In this document: one piece after another, positions 12,590-18,261 of the stretch | Layout: the number at the start of each line of letters is the position of its first letter | How positions within the stretch are numbered: position 1 is the stretch's first letter | Assembly: GCA_964601485.1 (NCBI GenBank) | Contig: CAZRNP010000016.1 | Coordinates: 1-18,261 of the forward strand | From: an uncultured archaeon | GTDB lineage: Archaea > Aenigmatarchaeota > Aenigmatarchaeia > CG10238-14 | Direction of reading: 5' to 3' | Length of the DNA: 18,261 nt | Translations under genes and position numbers: made by a program | Notes under the pieces: model-generated | Database searches by the model: none | Told to the model about the DNA's origin: nothing | The model's input: only the letters and a program-made list of their open reading frames with translations

Positions 12590-13759
12590 TTGAAAACACT
12601 TGAGGGTTTCAAAGGAAGACATACAGAGCTCATTTCCTTGTACATTCCTTCTGGCTACAACATTCAGGAGATAATAGGGATGCTTAAACAGGAATATGCG
12701 TTGACGCAGAACGTTAAGTCTAGGGCGACAAGGCATAACGTCTTAGACGCATTGGAAAAAGTCATGAATTATTTGAGGTTGTTCAAAAAAACACCAATAA
12801 ACGGTTTAGTGGTATTCTGTGGTAATGTTTCAAAAACAGAAGGACAGCCTGAAATCAACCTGTGGTCTGTAGAACCACCTCAACCACTGGCCCAGAAGAT
12901 TTACTGGTGTGACCAGAAGTTCATCCTAGACCCTTTGAAGGACATGGTTAGGGAAAGGGAAGTTTATGGCCTGATCGTCATGGACACTGCTGGTGCTGAC
13001 ATAGGGTTTTTGAAAGGTAAAAAAATCATTCTAGAAAAACACATAGATTCTTTAGTGCCAGGGAAGACTATCAAAGGTGGAGCATCACAAAGAAGGTACC
13101 AAAGAATAAGGGACGAGGCTAAGAATGAACATCTGAAAAAGGTTGGGGAGATAGCATCCAAAATTTTCAAAGAAGAAAAGGATTTGAAAGGCATAATGGT
13201 CGGCGGGCCTGGTTTCGTAAAAGATGATTTCAAAGAAGGGGAGTTTTTAGATTATCAACTGAAACAAAAAATTATGGGTTTGGTCGATACGAGTGATACG
13301 GGTATGCCAGGACTGCAAGAAATGCTAAAAAGAGGGGAATCGTTGGTACAAGAGGCATCTGCAACCAAAGAAAGACATTTAATGGAGGAATTTTTCGAAC
13401 ACTTGAAAAAAGACGATGGCCTATCTGTTTATGGGCTAGAAGAAGTTAAACATGCCCTAGGATATGGAGCAGTAAAGATACTTTTAATGTCTGAAGGGTT
13501 TGACTGGAAAAGAACAAAGCTGGTTTGTTCATGTGGGTACAGCGTTGAGAAGGATATAAGCTCTGAAAGGGTAGAAAAATGTCCTAAATGCGGGAATGAC
13601 TTGAAAATAGAAGAAGAAAAAGAGTTGAGTGAAATTATATCAGAACAAGCCAAAAATTTGGGCTCAGAAGTAGAGATAATATCTTTAGACAGCAGGGATG
13701 GAGAACAATTCAAAGAGATAGGCGGAATTGGGGCGATTTTAAGGTATAAAATTAACTAA
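12590..13759 (+). CDS. prf1: peptide chain release factor aRF1 (eRF1 family) with a non-canonical GGQ region; 5' end uncertain
   Basis: The eRF1/aRF1 hallmarks appear in order: TELISLYIP, an NIKS-like NVKS (12710-12721), YxCxxxF as YWCDQKF, YGLIVMD, the GGQ-loop context PGKTIKGGASQRRYQRIRDE, GIMVGGPGFVKDDF, YGLEEVKHALGYGAVKILLMSE, and a CxC...CxxC mini-domain. The frame is open from 12539. The track start is TTG 12590. Confidence 0.9.
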   Translation: MKTLEGFKGRHTELISLYIPSGYNIQEIIGMLKQEYALTQNVKSRATRHNVLDALEKVMNYLRLFKKTPINGLVVFCGNVSKTEGQPEINLWSVEPPQPLAQKIYWCDQKFILDPLKDMVREREVYGLIVMDTAGADIGFLKGKKIILEKHIDSLVPGKTIKGGASQRRYQRIRDEAKNEHLKKVGEIASKIFKEEKDLKGIMVGGPGFVKDDFKEGEFLDYQLKQKIMGLVDTSDTGMPGLQEMLKRGESLVQEASATKERHLMEEFFEHLKKDDGLSVYGLEEVKHALGYGAVKILLMSEGFDWKRTKLVCSCGYSVEKDISSERVEKCPKCGNDLKIEEEKELSEIISEQAKNLGSEVEIISLDSRDGEQFKEIGGIGAILRYKIN

Positions 13760-13830
13760 ACATGGTTTTCTACCGAATGATAAACAAACTCTTAAATTTT
13801 TAATTATCCTCTTTAGTTCTAGTGATTTAG

Positions 13831-14616
13831 TTGAAAGTAAGAGAAGTTCTTGTTTACAGGCCTGGTGAAGAGATCAACATAGTAGAAAAACCTTTTAGAT
13901 GGGGTTTCTCTCAGACACCATACATGATACCGATGCAGAGAGAACACGATGAAATCATGAAAGTCCTACAGAACGAAGGAGTCAAAGTAAATTATCTGAG
14001 AAAAATGATCGGTTTTAAACCAAAGATGTACGTCTTAAGAGATGATGCTGTTGTTGTGGACAGAAAAGCGGTTGCATGCCATCTTTCTCAGGGGATAAGG
14101 AGGGGTGAAGAACAGATAGTCAAGTTAACGTTGAAAGAACTTGGGATAAAAATAGCTGGACACATCTTTGTTCCTGGTGTTTTAGAGGGGAGTGATTTGT
14201 TCTTCACGAGTAAAAATCATGCCTTCGCCATCGTGGGACCAAGGACCAACATGGAAGGCGTAAACCATCTTAAGGAAATTTTCAAGATAGATGTAACATC
14301 GATCCAAATGGACAATCTTTCCAGCACGCAATTCAACATCATAAACGATATCGCTGTCATAGATGAAGAATTGTCTTATGGTCCCTTGTTTACCGCCTTG
14401 AAAGAAAAGGAATATGACCTAGTCATCGCATCAAAAAAACAAGTCAATGAGATGGCCTTGAACTTCTTGCAGATAGACGATAATAAGATTGTCAACGTAA
14501 AATCAGAAATCAACAAAAAACTAAAGATGATGGGCCTTGACGTGATAGAGGTAGAGATAAGAGACTTGATGAAAGGAAACACTGGTGTTAGGAATATCTG
14601 TTTACCCTTCTACTGA
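13831..14616 (+). CDS. pentein-fold enzyme (amidinotransferase / dimethylarginine dimethylaminohydrolase / arginine deiminase-like)
   Basis: The ~260-aa length is typical of DDAH-like proteins. The N-terminus VLVYRP...EH..i...L...GV.V..L, the central DLFF, and the C-terminal G.TGVRNICLPF carrying the expected catalytic Cys near the C-terminus all fit. The TTG start at 13831 is preceded by AGTGAT. The call comes from pattern memory only. Confidence 0.65.
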   Translation: MKVREVLVYRPGEEINIVEKPFRWGFSQTPYMIPMQREHDEIMKVLQNEGVKVNYLRKMIGFKPKMYVLRDDAVVVDRKAVACHLSQGIRRGEEQIVKLTLKELGIKIAGHIFVPGVLEGSDLFFTSKNHAFAIVGPRTNMEGVNHLKEIFKIDVTSIQMDNLSSTQFNIINDIAVIDEELSYGPLFTALKEKEYDLVIASKKQVNEMALNFLQIDDNKIVNVKSEINKKLKMMGLDVIEVEIRDLMKGNTGVRNICLPFY

Positions 14617-15099
14617 TTTTGAATACGTTACGTTTAGTTTAGAGGTTCGGACTATAATTTTTGTGAAATCTTTGTTCCAGTCGGTTTGAATCGCTGTGGT
14701 TTGCCCTGATTTTAAAGGATCTCTTGGTTTGTTGATTATGTTTACCTTATTCTCATCCACATAAACAGTGAAGTTAGAGATTTGTATTTTACCAGGGTTA
14801 GAAACAGTTATCAAAAGGTTGTTGTTAGAATCCCTAGAAACTTCTGATACCTCTATGTTTTGGAATATTCTCTTGATGTAATTAACAATGTCGAAAGAAG
14901 ATGGATTTTGTGGGAATAAAGGACCGATTATCGGTATTGACCTAAGGCTCGGTATCGAACCTAAGATGAGGTGACCGGCTATAAGCGCAAAAAATATTAA
15001 GATTAAACCTATAGCTAAGCTCTTGACTATTTTGATCATCGTGTAAACTATTACTGCTAAAATCAAAATGCCTATAATTATTGAAATGACCATGTTCAA
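14602..15099 (-). CDS. hypothetical membrane protein (two N-terminal TM helices plus a beta-rich extracellular domain)
   Basis: Track ORF. Its TTG start is at 15099 and an alternative ATG lies at 15093. TM helices are ISIIIGILILAVIVYTMI and LAIGLILIFFALIAGHLILG. The 3' end overlaps the convergent pentein gene by 15 nt. Confidence 0.6.
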   Translation of the reverse strand: MNMVISIIIGILILAVIVYTMIKIVKSLAIGLILIFFALIAGHLILGSIPSLRSIPIIGPLFPQNPSSFDIVNYIKRIFQNIEVSEVSRDSNNNLLITVSNPGKIQISNFTVYVDENKVNIINKPRDPLKSGQTTAIQTDWNKDFTKIIVRTSKLNVTYSKSVEG

Positions 15100-15190
15100 T
15101 ATATTTGTAGCAGAATTTAAGTATATTTCTCAGTGGTGTTTTCATTTTTTAATATTTTTAAAACCATACAAAATTATTTAAATTTAAACA

Positions 15191-15207
15191 TGGATAATTT
15201 ATCCAGG
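15191..15207. promoter_or_regulatory. 17-bp site TGGATAATTTATCCAGG (15-bp perfect palindrome TGGATAA-T-TTATCCA): putative operator, copy 1
   Basis: Ends 4 nt before ATG 15212 and lies 15 nt downstream of the TATA-like ATTTAAA (15176-15182). An identical 17-mer is at 17511-17527. Confidence 0.7.
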
Positions 15208-15211
15208 TTAC

Positions 15212-16903
15212 ATGAAAAGGATAATTTTGATTTTAATTTATTTTCAGATTATGATACTTCTGATATTACCACAATTTGTAGTTGCTAATTCGAACCTCAC
15301 TATAGCAATAGATTGGCTTAAAAAAAATCAGAGAGAAGATGGTTCCTATGGTTCTTGGACTGAACATTGGACTTCACCAGCAATGATAGCGCTCTATAAG
15401 AGCGAAGGTAATTCGTCTAATGTAACAACAGGTTTAAACTGGTTGAAGACCCAACTAGAAGATTCCTCTTCATGGTTCTGGGAAACATGGGGCGAAGCAG
15501 ATGTTCCTAGTATATCACTCTATGCTTTCACTCAAACAGACCATTTATCTGACATCGATCTATCCAATATCTCATCGAACATTCTCTCTTTTCAACAGAT
15601 GAGTGGCGGTTTCAAGGGATATTATGATCCAAATCTAGGCAGCCAAGTGGAAAGTAGTGTTGATACTACAATAGCAGTGTTGGGTTTAATAAATGCTAAT
15701 GCAATACCAGAAGAGAATAAGAATAAAGCAGTGAATTACTTGTTAAACCTGCAGAACTCAGACGGAAGTTTTAATCTAACACCCACCATACAATCTGATC
15801 CTTTATACTCTCACGCTCCTGAACCGATCAGTCTAACCGCGATGGTATTACTTACGCTGAAAGATTGTGGACTAGACACATCAAACACTTCTGTTCTGAA
15901 CGGAATGAACTATTTGAAAAATTCTGCTACCAATTGTTTTGATAATCACAGTTATGCTACTGCCTTATCATCAATAGTATTCGATCGATTCAACGAATTA
16001 AGTTATGAATTAATCGCGATAAATTGTTTAAAAAGTCTACAAAATCCAGATGGAGGGTTTTCAGATAGAATACGTACCACAAATGTTTCAAACGCTCTTG
16101 ATACTGGTTGGGCTGCTATCGCTCTACAAAAAGTTACACCGTTGATCAAAGTAGGAGTTTTAATCAGTTTTCCGAATGGAACAACATTTGCTCATTGCTT
16201 ACAATTACCGAATGGTTCAACCGCAGAAGATGCGTTAAAAGCCAGTGGTATGAAAACATTATGGGCATCTTTCAGTTTTGGTGATGCATTAACGAAGATT
16301 GAAGATGTAGGCTGTCCAACCTCAGATCCTTGGTGTCAATGTTCTAATATGAATGTTTGCTGTTTGCTCTGGAATTTTTGGATACTCAATTCAACCAATC
16401 AATGGAAATTCTCTCAAGTGGGATTTGGAGACTATAAGCTGAAAGATAAAGATGTATTTGGCAATATATGGGCGAGTGATGCAGGCAAAACACCTCCTTT
16501 ATTTTTATTCGATGAGATATGTCCTGATGGATTCACAATCAACAACAATTCCTTTGTTGGTGTTTACACTTGTGATTCAACTACGACAACCACGATTACG
16601 ACAACTTCTGTTGAAGTAACAACAACAGTCGTTGAGCATGGGGGTGGTGGTATGATCACAACTACGACAACGCAAACTACTGTTCCGATGACTACGACTA
16701 GTATTCAAACGACTACATCAACTACATTTTCACCTGCTCCAACTACAACAAGCACTGTCATTACAAACGTCACGAACAATCAGTTAAAGCCTAGTCCGTT
16801 AACAGGGTTTGTTGGTTTTATAATTTCTCCAGTTGGTATCGGTATAATTGTTGCAATAGTTGTCCTAGCATTTTTTGTTTATTTAATGTTGCCAGAGAGA
16901 TAG
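15212..16903 (+). CDS. surface-anchored protein: prenyltransferase/terpene-cyclase-like alpha/alpha toroid + DUF4430 (transcobalamin-beta-like) domain + Thr-rich stalk + C-terminal TM anchor
   Basis: Signal peptide MKRIILILIYFQIMILLILPQFVVA. There are six repeats of the type WL...Q..DGSyG / SGGFKGYY / LQNSDGSFN / LQNPDGGFSD (aa ~30-308). Aa ~312-421 read GVLISFPNGTT...GSTAEDALKASG...W.FWILN...QWKFSQVGFGDYKLKDKDVFGNIW, which fits the DUF4430 pattern. A poly-Thr stalk spans aa ~456-517. The C-terminus is PLTGFVGFIISPVGIGIIVAIVVLAFFVYLMLPER. Many N-x-S/T sequons are present. Confidence 0.85.
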   Translation: MKRIILILIYFQIMILLILPQFVVANSNLTIAIDWLKKNQREDGSYGSWTEHWTSPAMIALYKSEGNSSNVTTGLNWLKTQLEDSSSWFWETWGEADVPSISLYAFTQTDHLSDIDLSNISSNILSFQQMSGGFKGYYDPNLGSQVESSVDTTIAVLGLINANAIPEENKNKAVNYLLNLQNSDGSFNLTPTIQSDPLYSHAPEPISLTAMVLLTLKDCGLDTSNTSVLNGMNYLKNSATNCFDNHSYATALSSIVFDRFNELSYELIAINCLKSLQNPDGGFSDRIRTTNVSNALDTGWAAIALQKVTPLIKVGVLISFPNGTTFAHCLQLPNGSTAEDALKASGMKTLWASFSFGDALTKIEDVGCPTSDPWCQCSNMNVCCLLWNFWILNSTNQWKFSQVGFGDYKLKDKDVFGNIWASDAGKTPPLFLFDEICPDGFTINNNSFVGVYTCDSTTTTTITTTSVEVTTTVVEHGGGGMITTTTTQTTVPMTTTSIQTTTSTTFSPAPTTTSTVITNVTNNQLKPSPLTGFVGFIISPVGIGIIVAIVVLAFFVYLMLPER

Positions 16904-17470
16904 TGCTACTTTTATTGAAGCTTCTTCTGATATTTTTTTCGTAGAACCTGAGCCTATTATTATGACATCTCCGTTCTCAACCTTGAAATGGTTACGGAGG
17001 ATTTTTTCCAATCCTGTAATTTTTCTGTTGCATCCTGGGAATATTAGTCTGTTATTATTACAAACCAAAGTTGTTGCGCCATCAGCTCCTATTTTTATAG
17101 CCTCGTCCCTCTGCTCGATGCCGAATTTAACTTTTTTTGATGAGCCTTTAACAAGAATTGCAGTGTTGTACTTTCCGATTGTGCATTCACTCGTGTCTAT
17201 TTCTATAGGTTTTGAGATTTTCATCAGGATTTTTTTCAACAGTTCATTCCCTTTTTCAGTCAGTACATGCCCTTTAGTAGAAGGCTTAATTAATTTATTC
17301 ATTTTCAGACGCTTTACAAGAGTTTTAATCGTAGCTTCCCCCATTTCCATTTCTTTCATCAGTTGAAACCTTCCCATGGGTTTTTCGGAGAGTAAAAAAA
17401 GGGTCTTAACTATATGGACAGGGGAATAAGATGCCCTGACATCGATCAAATCTTTAAACATGTTATCCAT
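16883..17470 (-). CDS. winged-helix transcriptional regulator with an uncharacterised C-terminal domain (possibly the archaeal DUF4443 family)
   Basis: The N-terminus IVKTLFLLSEKPMGRFQLMKEMEMGEATIKTLVKRLKMNKLIKPSTKGHVLTEKGNELL is a MarR/PadR-like wHTH. The C-terminal ~110 aa (GADGATTLV...IIIGSGS) look like a small-ligand-binding or dimerisation domain. The gene is divergent from the S-component-like gene, and its 3' end overlaps the 563-aa gene by 21 nt. Confidence 0.75.
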   Translation of the reverse strand: MDNMFKDLIDVRASYSPVHIVKTLFLLSEKPMGRFQLMKEMEMGEATIKTLVKRLKMNKLIKPSTKGHVLTEKGNELLKKILMKISKPIEIDTSECTIGKYNTAILVKGSSKKVKFGIEQRDEAIKIGADGATTLVCNNNRLIFPGCNRKITGLEKILRNHFKVENGDVIIIGSGSTKKISEEASIKVALSLWQH

Positions 17471-17510
17471 ATGTATATTTTATAATCAAAAGATTTAAAA
17501 AATTAAAAAT

Positions 17511-17527
17511 TGGATAATTTATCCAGG
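17511..17527. promoter_or_regulatory. 17-bp site TGGATAATTTATCCAGG: putative operator, copy 2
   Basis: Identical to 15191-15207. It ends 8 nt before ATG 17536 (3 nt before an out-of-frame ATG at 17531) and lies 18 nt downstream of the TATA-like ATTTAAA (17493-17499). It sits in the divergent intergenic region shared with the regulator gene, whose start is at 17470. Confidence 0.7.
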
Positions 17528-17535
17528 ATCATGCC

Positions 17536-18261
17536 ATGGAACAAGAATTAAAACAAAAAAGTCAACAGGGAACTTTACTTTTGTCTGCTCAAAGGACGAA
17601 ATATTCCTTGAAGAGAAAATTGTTATTAATGATGGGTTTAACTTCCTTAGGAATCTTAGGAAGGGCTGCATTCCAATTCATACCGAGCGTTGAACCCTTG
17701 ACGCCCTTGGCTATATTGACTGGGTTTTTACTTGGCCCGATTTCTGGTTTTATTTCTGGTGTTGTTGGTTTTTATCTATCCAATTTTCTCGTTTGGGGTT
17801 TTCAAGGGCCTTGGACTGTTTTCCAATGTTTGGGTGCAGGTCTGGCAGGTTTCATCGGTGGGTTGATAGGAAAGTTAGGGAAGAAATCGAGGACAAAATT
17901 TTTAATATCCACTTTAATAGGGATAATCGTTTATGAGATAATTGTGACTGTTTCCATGGGAATGATGTTCTCTTTACCATTGTTAGTGTTCTATACAATA
18001 ACTAGTATTCCATTCTCTATAGTTCATTTGTCGAGTAGCTTAGGTTTTTCCCTATCATTTTACGAGTTCAAAGAACAGATAAAAAAATTGAAGGGTGGTT
18101 TAGTTGAAAAAGAGATACTTGGCTTCAGGGTTGCTCATAGTAGTACTGGCAAGCCTGGTAATAAACTTGTACCTTACCTTTACTCCAGAAAAATCCACAG
18201 AAAAGATAAGGGTAGTAGCAAGGATAGATTTTGGTGCTTCAGAAAAGACAAAGACAGTTGA
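17536..18261 (+). CDS. polytopic membrane protein resembling an ECF-transporter substrate-specific (S) component, with a basic C-terminal tail
   Basis: Five to six TM helices. The stretch IPSVEPLTPLAILTGFLLGPISGFISGVVGFYLSNFLVWGFQGPWTVFQCLGAGLAGFIGGLIG fits the general S-component pattern (P.v.P.t...ilaG.llGp..Gf..G....l.sn.l.g.G.W..fQ....l.G...G). The TGA stop is at the last base of the window. Family assignment comes from pattern memory only. Confidence 0.6.
   Translation: MEQELKQKSQQGTLLLSAQRTKYSLKRKLLLMMGLTSLGILGRAAFQFIPSVEPLTPLAILTGFLLGPISGFISGVVGFYLSNFLVWGFQGPWTVFQCLGAGLAGFIGGLIGKLGKKSRTKFLISTLIGIIVYEIIVTVSMGMMFSLPLLVFYTITSIPFSIVHLSSSLGFSLSFYEFKEQIKKLKGGLVEKEILGFRVAHSSTGKPGNKLVPYLYSRKIHRKDKGSSKDRFWCFRKDKDS

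Noticed and set aside
12964-14582. Minus-strand ORFs 12964..13233 and 13429..13713 (inside aRF1) and 14376..14582 (inside the pentein gene)
   Set aside because: They are antisense shadows of genes with strong family signatures.
14602-16903. Convergent 3'-end overlaps (pentein gene with membrane gene, 15 nt; surface protein with regulator, 21 nt)
   Set aside because: Short convergent overlaps are common in compact archaeal genomes and are explained by gene packing. No additional signal was seen.
14942-17366. ORF 14942..15145 (-) overlapping the 165-aa membrane gene off-frame, and ORF 16962..17366 (+) antisense to the wHTH regulator
   Set aside because: Each is nested in or overlapping a better-supported gene, and the composition is typical of off-frame translation.
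1-18261. Stop-codon reassignment as an explanation for the unusual aRF1
   Set aside because: Well-supported genes in the window terminate at all three stop codons. TAA ends valS, aRF1, the phosphoesterase and the regulator. TGA ends the DUF2330-like gene, the 596-aa ORF, the pentein gene and the S-component-like gene. TAG ends the 563-aa surface protein. None needs read-through of an in-frame stop. There is no evidence for recoding here.
1-18261. CRISPR arrays, rRNA genes, IS elements or transposases, and recognisable defence genes
   Set aside because: I scanned for regularly spaced direct repeats, long GC-rich structured regions, and DDE, tyrosine-recombinase or nuclease-ATPase motifs. None was found. 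The only repeats are the short ones reported above.

Overview
Visibly AT-rich archaeal chromosomal fragment. The archaeal assignment rests on an archaeal-type release factor aRF1, an archaeal-type ValRS, an intron-containing tRNA, a histone-fold protein, winged-helix regulators, and GGTG-type Shine-Dalgarno leaders or near-leaderless starts. A small-genome (DPANN-like) archaeon is plausible, but lineage cannot be decided from this window. All coordinates were counted by hand and all homology calls come from motif recognition, not searches.

Layout, left to right:
- A truncated LAGLIDADG endonuclease-like ORF.
- Divergent tRNA-Ile(GAU, with intron) and tRNA-Ala(CGC).
- A 1.8-kb segment of orphan ORFs bounded by an exact 20-nt copy of the tRNA-Ala 3' end. 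This looks like an integrated-element remnant.
- A 794-aa DUF2330-like secreted/multi-TM protein, followed by an untracked 59-aa Cys-rich membrane peptide.
- A calcineurin-like metallophosphoesterase.
- A 596-aa cytosolic protein I could not place.
- valS.
- A tandem winged-helix protein.
- A 1.4-kb very AT-rich island of tiny SD-led minus-strand ORFs, including a histone-fold protein. It is bracketed by a perfect 19-bp direct repeat that ends in the aRF1 leader.
- aRF1 itself, which reads GGA-SQ where the universal GGQ motif should be and has no canonical start codon for its conserved N-terminus.
- A pentein-fold (DDAH/amidinotransferase-like) enzyme and a small membrane protein.
- A three-gene module, which I consider the most interesting candidate system. 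It has a surface-anchored protein combining a prenyltransferase-like alpha/alpha toroid with a DUF4430 (transcobalamin-beta-like) domain, a wHTH regulator, and an ECF S-component-like membrane protein. The two structural genes each carry an identical 17-bp palindromic site just upstream of the start codon. I read this as a candidate archaeal corrinoid or cofactor capture-and-uptake regulon.

No CRISPR array, rRNA or recognisable transposase/integrase was seen.
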